From a virus: 64,000 nt of DNA. The position numbers and the translations under genes are program-made. Under the pieces are notes generated by a model. It was not told where the DNA came from, did not search any database, and saw only the letters and a list, made by a program, of their open reading frames with translations. The first letter of the stretch is position 1. Each line of letters opens with the position of its first letter. Location: the IMG/VR virus record IMGVR_UViG_3300007512_001108, positions 1 to 64,000 of that record, one strand, 5' to 3'. This document shows, one piece after another, positions 51,911-63,900 of this stretch.

Positions 51911-53128
51911 TTAGTTTGTATCTACCGTTAATTCTGCATTGCTTGTATAATGAAAGAAATGCCAACCAGTCGCATATACAGAGGCCATATGGAATCCATG
52001 TTGACCAATTCCCGTTGCGTAAATCACCGCGTCGGTGGTTTCATTACTACCCTTTCCAATGACACCTCTCGAACTCCATATTTCAATAGTTGGTTCTTCT
52101 TTTCTTTTTGAAACTCTGAACTCAACTTTCGCAGATTTTGCAGTCGTGTCGGCATAAGGATGAAACAATTGAATATTTTCTCTTGCATATCCACCAGGGT
52201 CTTCGGTATATGGAACTGTGGATCCCGGTGTAGTATCCAAATTATAACTCTTTTCATAATACCTTTGACACAATGCTATTTCTGTCATAGGATTCGTCTT
52301 GTCAAATTCTGTAGACCTGCTTCCCTGTTCTAATTGTATTTGTGAAAAACTAATGTTTCCCAAGGCTGCCGCTTCGGATGGTCCACCCAATTCCATTGAA
52401 GCACCGTGTACACCGTTTGAATGTAATACTAGTTGTACTTGCAATGCATCATCTCCAGAAGTTCCAACTGCTGGTTGTCCTTCTACACTTGGAACATTGA
52501 ATGATGTCTTATATTGCCTCCAAGTATTATCTAATGTAAATCCTGTATTTCCAGTACTTCCTTTTATTAATGATGGAGTATCGCCGGCAGTTCTCCCTGC
52601 AAAACATTGTTTGAGAACAGGTGCGACTCTTTGGTTTGAGATATCACTTTTTGCCCAGAAGGAAAGTATACATGTTTTACCTTCTAATGTTTGTACATCA
52701 TCAATATCTTGAACGAGTGCAAGGTATGTACCGTTTGTTGTCGCACCTGCACCAGTGAATCCTCCGTAACTGGCAAACGCTGTTGCTGCCCCGTCCACAA
52801 CATGACTACCCATAGCATCTACTGTGTTTCCAACATAAATATTCAAATACCATTTGCTTGCTCGGTCTGCTCCAGAAGGATAACCCAAAGGCATTAAACC
52901 ACGGAATATAGAGAGAGGTGGAGCGGTAACACCATTTACTGCTTGTGAATAAACTCTCCATCTGTCTGCAACAAAAGAGTTTTGAAGACAAGTTGTTGAA
53001 GCCTTACCAGTAACACCAACACTAGCAGTAACACCGCGTTGCCATATATTGAAGTCACCATTGATGAGTTCATTTCTATTGTCTTGGACTCCTATTGGTC
53101 CGTGGAGAGTTAATGCACTATTTGCCAT
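51911..53128 (-). CDS. Tail fibre/receptor-binding protein with CBM-like jelly-roll domain
   Basis: NELINGDFNIWQRG...ADRW...LSFWAKS...QIQLEQG...ALCQRYYEKSY. Confidence 0.7.
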   Translation of the reverse strand: MANSALTLHGPIGVQDNRNELINGDFNIWQRGVTASVGVTGKASTTCLQNSFVADRWRVYSQAVNGVTAPPLSIFRGLMPLGYPSGADRASKWYLNIYVGNTVDAMGSHVVDGAATAFASYGGFTGAGATTNGTYLALVQDIDDVQTLEGKTCILSFWAKSDISNQRVAPVLKQCFAGRTAGDTPSLIKGSTGNTGFTLDNTWRQYKTSFNVPSVEGQPAVGTSGDDALQVQLVLHSNGVHGASMELGGPSEAAALGNISFSQIQLEQGSRSTEFDKTNPMTEIALCQRYYEKSYNLDTTPGSTVPYTEDPGGYARENIQLFHPYADTTAKSAKVEFRVSKRKEEPTIEIWSSRGVIGKGSNETTDAVIYATGIGQHGFHMASVYATGWHFFHYTSNAELTVDTN

Positions 53129-53141
53129 TGTAATTAATCCT

Positions 53142-56100
53142 TTATAACCTTACAAGTACTACACTAAAGAAGTATGAAACTGGGTCATTTGAACTACCTC
53201 TTCTTGGTTTAAATGTTAGAGTGGTTGTTGATTTAGTAGGTCCTGCAACGAAATACATATCGTTATCTGCATCTGCGGCTGGGTTTGCAGTAATCATCGG
53301 TACAAAATTAGCAGTACCACAATTATGTGTAATCGTTATTGTTCCAGAAGAAAGAGCAATTGCTGATATTCCTCCATTTTTAAATTCATTATCTAACGAT
53401 GATGCATCAGCATCACCATCTACGGTTAGTGTAAAGTGACACGCTCCGACTATTCCTTGTCTTCCCCAAACTCCTACGCCTGTATTGTTTTTGTTAAGAA
53501 GAACATCACCACTATTACCTGTGCTTCCTGTAGAGTCTACGACTGCGAGTCCGCCACCACCCGAAACAGGAAGTTCTGCTCCACCAGCAGTGACACCGAT
53601 TTGAACTATACCATTACTGTGAATAATCATTGCGGATGTATTTCCACCAGAGTGTCCTACAAAGAAATCTACAGTTCCGCCACCTGCACCTGTATGTCTA
53701 AACTCTGCATGATTATTTAAAGTTATTCCCATAAACAATCCTGCGACAGCATCAAAGTTTGAACCGCCACCACCATCTACATCTGTTGTAGTACCAATTT
53801 GAATGTGACTCGCATTTTCTTTGTATAGTTGTAAGAGAGATTCTTTGTTTGCTTCTCCACCAGTGCCACTGTAGAATAGAGAATGACCCGCAGAAACTCC
53901 AATTCCACCACCAGTAGTTGTACCGACATTTACAGTAAAGTTGCTGTCGATACCACCAGATTTACCAAATGCAATTTCACCAGTTGTGTTTACTATTGCA
54001 AATGTATTTCCACCTGCGGATAAATGAAGTTGGTCACTTCCACCAATCCAACCGATTCTTGATTTTTCAGAACCCGCTTCCATTAATGAAAGGTATGAAT
54101 CTTTTGTGTTTGCGGCATCGAGTGCAATATATGAAGCAAGTGCTGATGACTTCAAAGAAACCCAAGCGGCTGCCGCAGTCAAACCTGCAATGAGTGCGTT
54201 TTGCATGTTGCTTCCTTCAACCGCACCAAGATATAAAGAGTCAGCAGTAACTGCTCCACGGAATATACCACCACCACCAACTTCTAATGTTGCACCGAAA
54301 GCCGCATTGGTGCCACCAGTTGCAACTCCAACATTTTTATCAAAACTAATACCTGTTGCATCAGTACCTGTAAGGAAGTTTGTAGAAGATGGGAATGCTG
54401 TCCATATTGCAGTTGTAATACCTGTTCCATTTTCGTCCTTGAGCATAAGTATATCACCAGAGTTACCACCAGTGACAGGGAAGTTATATCCACCGTACTC
54501 ATTACCTGTTATTCCAAGTTCACTAGCATATATTCCGAATGTACCACCTGCACCATTTTCATGATGAGTATAAATATCACCACTTGCTCTAATAGTACCA
54601 GAAACATCTAGAGATGCACCAACAGCAAATCCACCGCCTATTGCTAAACCTTGTTGTGTAAGTCTATGTTTTTCTTTTGGAAGGTCAGTACCTCCACCAC
54701 CTCCCCATAGGAAGGAAATTCCACCACTACCCGCACCACCAGTTGGAGCAGAGTTCCATATTACTGTCATATCACCAGAGTGTCCAAAGTGAGAACCTGT
54801 TGAACCTGTCTGTCCTACACCACCACCTTGGAAGAATGCATATGAAGCATTTCCTGCTGTTCCTAGAACCATTAAAGTGTCTTGTAAATCAAGAGTTAAT
54901 CCTCCAGTATAACCGAGTGAAAGACCCAAATATACTTTACCATCTGTACTAAACCTCATTGCTTCTTGTGTAGAACCATCTGTTCCTTGTGAAGTGTGAA
55001 TTACAACATCTTCATTATCTTTTGAACCTATTCCCTGAATAACAGGTGAGAATTTTTCATATTCTGCATCTGTAGAATTATAACGAACCATTTCGTCATT
55101 TGCAGGGTCACCGTCATTAACATTGCTCAACCCTTCCATAGAAACTGTTAAGTCAATACCATCAATGAGTGATGCTCTTGCTTCGGAAGAAATTCTAATA
55201 ATGTAATGTGTTACAAGATATGGTTGAAGGTTGTTGTGTGGTTGGTCATTTCCAAAAGTCGATAACCCCGAAACCAAGTCGTCTGGTACATTGGCTTTCA
55301 GTGCATGTCCACTTTCCACCGCGGAATCTGTATCTACAAACGATTCTGGTGGGATGTAAAGGTTAAGAGAACCACCGAATGTAAATTGGTCCGAGCCCCT
55401 TTGAGCATGATGAGTTATATCTTGGTTGTTCCCGGATGCGGGGCCACCGAGTTTGTCTGGGTCGCTGTCAACAAAGTGGAAGTTGTTCATCTCTTGTGTC
55501 ACTGTAAATTGGCTATAATCTATCCCACTATTGAAATGATTAATTGCGGGTTGGTCTATAACATGATTGTGGTCATTGATGTCTAGTTCTGAATAATTAA
55601 CTGATACATCACCGTGATTATGTGATGGAATCTCGGCTTCACTAAGTGTATGGGTTCTTTCACCACCATACTGTCCTCTTTCGAAATAATCATCTACTCC
55701 ACCAGTTTCTCCTTCTCCCATCGGAATTCTCGAACGAAGGTCTGGTTTCTTTACAGAGTGAACACTTACACTTTCAATAGAATGAGTAGACGATCCTTCG
55801 GCTACAGTAACTACACCATCTCCATCGCTGGATGTAGTTTCGAATTGTGCTTTTTTATTTGTTATTTCTGTTATGATTTTACCAGTAGTGGAATCGTGTG
55901 TGATATTATCTACTATCATTTCCTTACTGTTATTATCCCAACTAATTATGACAGCATCTGCTTGCGTTCCATCGTCAAATGTTTGCTTAATATCTTCACC
56001 AACAAGACTTGAAGTATTGTTATATGTTGATGGCATTTTAAATTTTTGCCAAGAACCATATCTCCAACTTACTGCTGTATAATAATCTGCATGTCTGGTT

Positions 56101-56663
56101 GCATCAAGTGTACTACCATCACAAAGTGACCATTGTGCAGGAATACCAGAAGTATTTCCTGCATATGCTTGAATTGCACCTACTGGCATTAAACCGTTAA
56201 GACTTACTGTTGCTTCACCACCAATAACAGTACCGAGGTAATTCATCACGACACCTCTTTGTGCGCCACCCGAAAGTTTTCCTCTTCTGGTTAAAACTGG
56301 TTTAATAACATGTCCACCTACTGTTGGTGCGGTTGAACTTACATGACCTGCTGAAATTCCAGAAAGGAAATAACATTCATCAGCAGTTGTTCCTGTGTCT
56401 GGGAAATTCGATATATCTATTTCACCTTGATATACAATAGTAAAGTTATTTGCATCTGCAACTTTTTCGATTATACCAGCAACTTCTGCTTCTTTTGGAG
56501 ATGTGGCATATGCTAATGTAAATCCACCATTACCGCTTGATGCAGTGGGGTCAAACCGAACAACACTACCAGCAGTAAATCCATGTGAAGTCTGCTCAAT
56601 ATTATTTCTAATAGATTTACCATCTAGGACGCCTGTCACCAATTTTAATGCACTTGTTACCAT
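53142..56663 (-). CDS. Long tail fibre protein with tail-collar domain
   Basis: PVGAIQAYAG...WSLCDG...PDLRSRIPMG...GGERTHTLSEAEIPSHNH...HNNLQPYLV.YII. Confidence 0.8.
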   Translation of the reverse strand: MVTSALKLVTGVLDGKSIRNNIEQTSHGFTAGSVVRFDPTASSGNGGFTLAYATSPKEAEVAGIIEKVADANNFTIVYQGEIDISNFPDTGTTADECYFLSGISAGHVSSTAPTVGGHVIKPVLTRRGKLSGGAQRGVVMNYLGTVIGGEATVSLNGLMPVGAIQAYAGNTSGIPAQWSLCDGSTLDATRHADYYTAVSWRYGSWQKFKMPSTYNNTSSLVGEDIKQTFDDGTQADAVIISWDNNSKEMIVDNITHDSTTGKIITEITNKKAQFETTSSDGDGVVTVAEGSSTHSIESVSVHSVKKPDLRSRIPMGEGETGGVDDYFERGQYGGERTHTLSEAEIPSHNHGDVSVNYSELDINDHNHVIDQPAINHFNSGIDYSQFTVTQEMNNFHFVDSDPDKLGGPASGNNQDITHHAQRGSDQFTFGGSLNLYIPPESFVDTDSAVESGHALKANVPDDLVSGLSTFGNDQPHNNLQPYLVTHYIIRISSEARASLIDGIDLTVSMEGLSNVNDGDPANDEMVRYNSTDAEYEKFSPVIQGIGSKDNEDVVIHTSQGTDGSTQEAMRFSTDGKVYLGLSLGYTGGLTLDLQDTLMVLGTAGNASYAFFQGGGVGQTGSTGSHFGHSGDMTVIWNSAPTGGAGSGGISFLWGGGGGTDLPKEKHRLTQQGLAIGGGFAVGASLDVSGTIRASGDIYTHHENGAGGTFGIYASELGITGNEYGGYNFPVTGGNSGDILMLKDENGTGITTAIWTAFPSSTNFLTGTDATGISFDKNVGVATGGTNAAFGATLEVGGGGIFRGAVTADSLYLGAVEGSNMQNALIAGLTAAAAWVSLKSSALASYIALDAANTKDSYLSLMEAGSEKSRIGWIGGSDQLHLSAGGNTFAIVNTTGEIAFGKSGGIDSNFTVNVGTTTGGGIGVSAGHSLFYSGTGGEANKESLLQLYKENASHIQIGTTTDVDGGGGSNFDAVAGLFMGITLNNHAEFRHTGAGGGTVDFFVGHSGGNTSAMIIHSNGIVQIGVTAGGAELPVSGGGGLAVVDSTGSTGNSGDVLLNKNNTGVGVWGRQGIVGACHFTLTVDGDADASSLDNEFKNGGISAIALSSGTITITHNCGTANFVPMITANPAADADNDMYFVAGPTKSTTTLTFKPRRGSSNDPVSYFFSVVLVRL

Positions 56664-56682
56664 TTATTCTTTATCTCCGATA

Positions 56683-56690
56683 TATTTATA
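56683..56690 (-). promoter_or_regulatory. Late promoter ahead of the 1173 aa fibre gene
   Basis: TATAAATA followed by a GGAG SD. Confidence 0.65.
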
Positions 56691-59600
56691 TCTCTGCATC
56701 CGCTGTCCAATGCCAAATCCAGTCTTCGTCTGTTACACTGTTACCGTCTGGGTTTGACCACATTGTTGCCGAACCATTAGAATTACCTGACTGCAACATT
56801 CCATATCCATTTTTAGTTATTCTGCCTTTTATAACTCTTATATAAGTTGCGCCATTGATTACTGTACCGTCTGGATATTCTGTATTCCAATCATCGTCAC
56901 TTTCAATACCATTAATTTTGTCTACAGTTCCTTCTTTTGAGTATACTTCTACAGTAGGTGGACATCTCATTTCAACTTTGAAGTCGGTATTTCCTTGTAA
57001 ACCAGAAGAGATAGTACTATCGAATCTTCGTACAAATCCACCGATATCGTGTAACACTTCCGTACCTGCAATAGTTTGAGGTTCATATGTTTTTTGATAA
57101 TATCTTTGACATCGTTTAAGTTCATCTTCTGGAGTTCTTAAATCGAATTCTGTTCTTGATGCACCTCTTTCAAATTGTACTTGTGCAATATCAATCTCAC
57201 CATTCCAACTTCTTGCTTTTGAATCAGTACCAGAAGCATATTCGTCATAACTTCCGTGAATTGGGCGAATACCTAATCCAATGAATCCTTGTCCTGGAAT
57301 TACAGCAGCGACATTAGCGGTTGCTGTTGTTGCACCCTGACAACCCCAATCTTCTACTGCTTGATTTAATTGACTGTTTGCTAAATGATTTCCTGCACTC
57401 ACTCCTACAATTGCAGGAACATCAAATGTGTATGAATACTTTGTCCAACTATCATTCAAATCAAAGTGTGGACTTCGAAGTGGTTCGTACATTCTCCAGT
57501 TAGCACCAACACCACCTTCACCGGCTGCTCTTACAGAAGAAGAGGATGCGTAATCTCCAGTTCCTGAAGCATATCCACGAAGTTCTGCTCTCACATATCC
57601 AAGTGTTGCTTTAGTTCCTGCACTCCTTCTTGCCCAGAATGAAACTGTTGCTTTTTCTGCGTGTATACTGTCCACACCTTCTATTCTTTGTTCGATTGCA
57701 GGACCTGGTATTGTACCATCATAAGTGGTTACATTATTTGTTAATTTTAAATAATATTTTGCTGGTTTTGATTGACTTCTTGAAAGTACATCATCTACTT
57801 TTGCAAAGTCAAATTCATGTCTTGACAGACCCCCGCGAGTAGCAGTACCTCTCCAATTATAATGGTTATACATTCTCCATCTATCTGCTAAATGATTTTG
57901 TGGGACTTCAATCCTTTGGTTGATAACGGGGTGTCCTCCACCAAGAAAAGTAGAATCCCACTCAAACCAATCTGCACTCTTTCCACCAGTTGTTATTCCT
58001 TGAAGTCTTTGCCAATAATCAAAATTGCCATTAATTAATAAGTTTCTTCCTGCATCTACAACACATCCTGCACCACCACCGAATTCTTTTACGGAATGAA
58101 CTGTTGCTTCTGTAATATATCCAGATACTGCAACTCTTACATCAGCAGAAGTAGATTCTGCCCAATCTGAACTTACAGATACTTTAGGAAGAGTAACAGT
58201 TCCAACATCTCCTGTACCGATTGGAACTATTGTTTCACTGACGGATGATGGAATTCCTTTACTTAATGGATATACTCTACCATCTGCTGAAGTATATTCA
58301 AGGTGTCCTATACTTTGTGCCTGTGTAGCAATGAAAGACCATGAATCCCGAATGCTATCAGTGGAGTTGTTTGTCGAAGACCCCGCCCAAACCCACACCT
58401 TGGTCGGAATTTCTGCCAAGGATGAATCTTTTGTCAAGTTGGCCGAAGTACCAAGGCCAACTGCTTCACTTATCTTGAAACCCCACCTAAGGGTCGTGGT
58501 GTCTACGGTGTTTCCGTCATACGCGTCAAAATTAGAATTGAGGGTACTCGGTACAAATTCAATTGGAAGGCCTGGTGTGAATCCATAACTGTAAGCGGCG
58601 CATTCAGTACTTGGGGCTGCTAAATCGATGCAAGTCCAAGCCGCGTTGAAATGTCCATCCAAGGGGTCCGTTGTATCCAGCAATGCAGCGTCCCAGATAC
58701 TCTCTCCCATATTACATGTCTCATGACCAACGGAATGTGCTGGTGAGATATGAGCGCCAGATGCAACCTTTACAGCACCAACTTGGCTCGACTCACCCAG
58801 AGTTAAACTACCTTCACTCCAAGTTTTTAGAATAAGAGAAGTTGCACCTGTTGTGATACCGAGTACACTATGTACATCTATTTCGTTTTCTGTTGTCAAA
58901 GATATTGCAGAAGTGTTTGCATATCCTCCCACACCAGTTATTGCATCTTTTATATTGTCTGAAAATAGTACAACATTAGATGCAGTAATACCTGAAGTAA
59001 GACCACTTCCTCCTCCTCCACCACCTCCTCCTGCACATCCTGCACCACTACCAATAACTTCACCCTTATAGTTTACAAGAATTAATTCTGTTGTGGAAAT
59101 TGCAACTGCCCACGGTTTCTTTACATGTCCAGTTGTCTGTGGTGGGTATGTCACCAAACTGTCGCCAGAATTTCCCATTCCCCCTCTACCTTCTGGTGCA
59201 GTGTTTGCAGAAAGGAAATATACTTGTCCTATATCTAGAGGAACTAGAGCAGAATTATCTGCAACCGATACTTTACCATTAAGTGCCATATAAAATTTAT
59301 TTGGGTCACCTGCGACATTAACATCACCTATAATACCGATTACTTCTGCTTCTTCTTCGCTGTTTGCTTGTCCCCTTCTCCATACACCATTAGTATATGT
59401 GGTTGCATCATCAACAGTTCCTGTAGAACCTGCTGTTCCTGACCATCCATAATACTCTGATGGTTCAAACCTTACTAAGTCACCAACAACAAAGTCATTT
59501 ACTTGGTTAATTAAAATTCTATTAGATACTTGTGCAGTAATATCATCTGCTTCGTTTGGAATAAGACTTCCACGATAATTTACTATTACACCTCTATCTC

Positions 59601-60753
59601 CTGCATTTCCTAATGCAGAAATATTATCTAAAGCAACAAGAAGAGGTTTAGCAACATTTCCTGCATCTTGTGGTGCAGACTCTCTTAACTTTCCACCACT
59701 TGCATAATCTAAGAAGTAACAACTTCCTGGATTTAATGTTAATCCTGTTGTAGTAGCACTTGTAAAATCTCCTACTATTTCTCCGTGATATGCAACATCG
59801 ATTGTAATTCCCTGTATACCCGTTACAAGACCTACCGTTTCTGCTCCTGCTTCACTATTTGCTATACCAAATGTCCATCCGACTGCACTGTCATATCTGA
59901 CTGCCATACCAAAAGAAAATCCGTGATTGGTTGGAGCAGTAACTCTTCTTTTAACTGCTCCGTTTATAATATCCGTATATGCATTACTTGCACCATAATG
60001 AGCAAATTGAATATGGTCAAAAGAATTCCCTGCGGTATTCTGTGTCATTAGTTTAATGTCACCATAATTTTGTGTGGCACCAGTGACACCACTTGATACG
60101 AGTGGTGCTACCATAGTAGCACCTCTTCCTTTGGTGAACATCAATCCTTCAGAATCACCATCAATTCTATTTGTTTCTATTCTAAATGAATTGTCTAGTG
60201 GATAAACCCAAGCACCTGTTGTTAATCCAACATGTGGACCTTCTACCCACCACATACCAATTACACCACCGCCAGCAGTATTACCTACAGTAGCACCTGC
60301 TTGTGTTGGTTTCCATAAAAGATTTGCATTATTTCCATCAGAACGAAGAATTTCTAAACCACCACCCCCTTGTGTGGTAATATATGAATCCGCTGCACCA
60401 CTACCACCACCAGAAGCACCTGCTGTACCTAAAGATGCACCAGTACCACCGATAGAAATTATATAATCATCTATGGTAAGTTTCTTTGCATTTATGATTG
60501 TATATTCACTATTAAATGAAACTGGTCCTGAGAAAGTAACACCCCTCGAAACTTCACCAGAATGTTCGACAACCATTTCACCATCGGTTTTCATTCCAAC
60601 AGAGATACCATCTCCACTCTTTCCAGTATATACTTTCATACGATTCAATTTATTAATAATCGAATCGTTACTTATATTTCTCCACTCATTGAAAGTATCA
60701 CCTAAAGTGATTTGTGGTATTTGATAATTGGTGCTATGTGGTCCTGTTGCCAT
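56686..60753 (-). CDS. Large multidomain tail fibre/virion protein
   Basis: DTFNEWR N-terminus, two copies of an HGF..G..VR module, and a C-terminal NLLINGNFDYWQR...CQRYYQK domain. Confidence 0.7.
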   Translation of the reverse strand: MATGPHSTNYQIPQITLGDTFNEWRNISNDSIINKLNRMKVYTGKSGDGISVGMKTDGEMVVEHSGEVSRGVTFSGPVSFNSEYTIINAKKLTIDDYIISIGGTGASLGTAGASGGGSGAADSYITTQGGGGLEILRSDGNNANLLWKPTQAGATVGNTAGGGVIGMWWVEGPHVGLTTGAWVYPLDNSFRIETNRIDGDSEGLMFTKGRGATMVAPLVSSGVTGATQNYGDIKLMTQNTAGNSFDHIQFAHYGASNAYTDIINGAVKRRVTAPTNHGFSFGMAVRYDSAVGWTFGIANSEAGAETVGLVTGIQGITIDVAYHGEIVGDFTSATTTGLTLNPGSCYFLDYASGGKLRESAPQDAGNVAKPLLVALDNISALGNAGDRGVIVNYRGSLIPNEADDITAQVSNRILINQVNDFVVGDLVRFEPSEYYGWSGTAGSTGTVDDATTYTNGVWRRGQANSEEEAEVIGIIGDVNVAGDPNKFYMALNGKVSVADNSALVPLDIGQVYFLSANTAPEGRGGMGNSGDSLVTYPPQTTGHVKKPWAVAISTTELILVNYKGEVIGSGAGCAGGGGGGGGSGLTSGITASNVVLFSDNIKDAITGVGGYANTSAISLTTENEIDVHSVLGITTGATSLILKTWSEGSLTLGESSQVGAVKVASGAHISPAHSVGHETCNMGESIWDAALLDTTDPLDGHFNAAWTCIDLAAPSTECAAYSYGFTPGLPIEFVPSTLNSNFDAYDGNTVDTTTLRWGFKISEAVGLGTSANLTKDSSLAEIPTKVWVWAGSSTNNSTDSIRDSWSFIATQAQSIGHLEYTSADGRVYPLSKGIPSSVSETIVPIGTGDVGTVTLPKVSVSSDWAESTSADVRVAVSGYITEATVHSVKEFGGGAGCVVDAGRNLLINGNFDYWQRLQGITTGGKSADWFEWDSTFLGGGHPVINQRIEVPQNHLADRWRMYNHYNWRGTATRGGLSRHEFDFAKVDDVLSRSQSKPAKYYLKLTNNVTTYDGTIPGPAIEQRIEGVDSIHAEKATVSFWARRSAGTKATLGYVRAELRGYASGTGDYASSSSVRAAGEGGVGANWRMYEPLRSPHFDLNDSWTKYSYTFDVPAIVGVSAGNHLANSQLNQAVEDWGCQGATTATANVAAVIPGQGFIGLGIRPIHGSYDEYASGTDSKARSWNGEIDIAQVQFERGASRTEFDLRTPEDELKRCQRYYQKTYEPQTIAGTEVLHDIGGFVRRFDSTISSGLQGNTDFKVEMRCPPTVEVYSKEGTVDKINGIESDDDWNTEYPDGTVINGATYIRVIKGRITKNGYGMLQSGNSNGSATMWSNPDGNSVTDEDWIWHWTADAEI

Positions 60754-60759
60754 TTATTA

Positions 60760-60951
60760 TTATTTCCCTTTTAATTCTGATATCATTTTCTTTAATTCAG
60801 AAATTTCTTCCTTTAGACTATGTATTTCATTTTCAGTATTATTAATCCTCTGAAGTTCATTTTTTCTAATTCTATGATGTTTTAATGCATTTTTATCCTT
60901 TTTCAAAATTGCATTAGAATATGAATCTCTTATATAATCACTTCTATTCAT
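60760..60951 (-). CDS. Small coiled-coil conserved phage protein
   Basis: RD..SNAI motif and a C-terminal coiled coil; typically follows the VrlC-like gene in marine T4-like phages. Confidence 0.6.
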   Translation of the reverse strand: MNRSDYIRDSYSNAILKKDKNALKHHRIRKNELQRINNTENEIHSLKEEISELKKMISELKGK

Positions 60952-60953
60952 AA

Positions 60954-63900
60954 TTAACTGTCGAGAGCAACTACTCTCAAATCCTTTACTACTGGAACAA
61001 CAGAAACAGGCGTTCCGTCATCGTTTATTCTTCTATACATACAAATCTTAATTGCAAATGATTTAATTCTATCTACATCCTCTGTTGGAATTGAATCGGT
61101 TGGTAGAGTATATGAAACTTCTCTAAAATCAAATTCATTTTCTGATACAAATTGGTCAGAAGAATTTTCTACATCCATCTTCACATATCCCTTATCATTA
61201 AAATCTGTTTCATCTGATTTTGATGTAAACTTTGTATATACTTCTATATTAACATCATCTCCACCAGCGCCTTGTTGATTTAAATCTAAAAATACTTTTA
61301 AGTTCTTTGCTTCAAAGTCATCTTCTAATGTGACTCTTCTTGTAATGTATTTTGCGATAGAACCAGATGCAGAACCAAATGCGTTTGATTCATCATTATC
61401 TGTACCATCAGTTGAGGATAATTTATTATTAACCTTATTTTCTACACAAACGAAATTCAAATATTTTGCATCTAATACAGGACTTACATCTGTAATTTCT
61501 GATGATGTATCCGATGCCAAAGTTATTTCAAAACTATCTGTTGTTGGTGCTGTATCTGCTAATAGTGTTGAACTTGATATTGCTGTATTTGATTTTCCAG
61601 AAATAATATTTGTATTACTGTCAAATACTGCTGTATTTGTTACAGATGTTCCAGATGGAACTACAGTACTATGATTTAATTGATATTCATCAATAACTAC
61701 ATTAGAACCTTGAGTTTTGTGTTGAAGTTTTAATGTCTTGGAACTATTGACTCCTTTAAATGAACATCTATTAATTTTATATTTTAGATTTATCATAGAA
61801 TCTGGTTCTGCTTCTCTGCTGTTTGTTGGTTTGAATAAAGGTCCACTATGAATCGGTAGACTAATTCTTTCTAAACCATCAATAGCATCTTCACCAACTT
61901 CTCCTACATGTAATTTATAGTTACCACTGTTTGCAGAAACTGATAATGCATATTCTCCCGGTTCTAGGTAAACATAAGAACCAAATTTAAAGTTTTCTGC
62001 ATTTACTCCAGAAGATGAATCATAGGTAACACCACTCTTCCATACTTCAGAGAAAGGTACAACCAAAGACGGTGATGGTACTCCATTAATAGTTGGTCTA
62101 ATATCAACCTTTACAGGAATACTTGAATCTATATCTGAAAAATATAAATCTACTGATTCTAAAAATAGTCCTTTTGGATGTGATACTTCATCGACATAAA
62201 ATATTTGAGATAGTGGGTCAATCCAATTAGTATATTTTGAAATGTCAAGAGATTTTCTTCTCATATATGGATTTTTAATTATTTGTTCACTCTTAACTGT
62301 TTGTCTTCTTAAAAGAGCAGGACGAGTAGAAAGAATATTTCCTTCTCTGTTATTTGATGCTCCATTTGCATATAATATACCATCGGAGCAAGTAGTAGCA
62401 TTTGTTAATTTTCCATTTGTATCGTCTATAAATCTAAATATCTTTTCACCACTTTCAAAGGTATTGGAAGGAATTGTGAATAATATATCTCCCAATTTTC
62501 CGTTTGCATCTGTTATGAATGGTCCAGAAATAATACCTCCTGTGGAACAATGTGCATCTACATTTACTCCATCAAAGAAACAATTAACACCTGTATTTGG
62601 TTTTAGTCCATATGCATTTAAAGTAATTCCTTGAGATTCTATAAATGGAATAACACTAACATCAATTACTTTACTTCCAATAACTTTCTGTATATGGTCT
62701 GGAAGGAATTTATTAGAAAGTCCAATTCTATTCTTTTCTTCTCTTGTTGTTGAAGTATCTCTCGTGACCGATGAAACATTAGTTTCATTTCTATTGCGAA
62801 CTACAGGAACTCCAGTATCTTTTACTCTTGCTTGTGAAAGGAAAGATTTTCCTCTTCTATCATCTAAGTCATCTACAACATCAACTCCATACCAATTTGT
62901 ATTCCAGTCATTCCACTGAGTGCCAAATCCTCTTAATGAATTTACTGTAGAAACTTTCCAGTTATCATTTTCTCCTTGAGAATTTACCTTTACAATGGGT
63001 CTTGATGATGTATCAAACCAATTTATAGTTGGAGATTCCATTGATACTGTACCTAACCAGTTTGCAACAGCAAATGGATTTGCTTGAATGGTAGTACTGC
63101 TTGATGGTTGTTCAATATATGATACTGCCTCTTTATTTTTATATGTAATTAATCCATCAGAACTTAATTCTAAATTATCTGGAATACTGGCAAACTCTAA
63201 TCCCACATTTACTGGAACAAAAGATGGTCGTAAATGTCCCTTTTCATAATCTATAGAACAACTATAATCGACATGTGATACATCACCTATATTATGTCCT
63301 TTAAATCCATCTACCAAAATACCATTTTTAAATGCTGGGTCTGTTGTGCTGTCTACACTATAAATTACTCTAGAATCAATTTCATTTTCTAGTAAAGAAA
63401 GTGTTGTAAAGTATTCTAAATCATTTACTCTATTTTCTATTTTACCCAAATCTTTCATTGTATGTCTTTTATTATCTACAAATTTAATTCCAACATCTTC
63501 TGGGTTATGGGTATATGCAGGAATTGTAAGGGTATATAATGTCATTAAACTTTCTGTATCTGCTGGTACTTTTGGAACTAATGCGTCTACACCTTTAATT
63601 ACATCAAATGCAACATCTCCGTTTAATGAATTTTTCAATACAACTTTATCGATTCTTGAAAGATAGTATGTGTAATTTGTTTTTATACTTGACCTTGTTC
63701 TAGTGTCTGGAATTCTACTTGTATTTTCTATAGTAAAAGTATTCCAATCAATAGGGTCTTCTGGAAATTCTGGTTTTATGTGTCTAAAGTCTAGAACATT
63801 AGCAAGAGAATATGTTTTCTTTAGATTCTTGCTTGTATACAGTGGAATGTTTCCATAAGTAAATCCGTTTGCACTGTATGAATCTACTGTGAATGGACCT

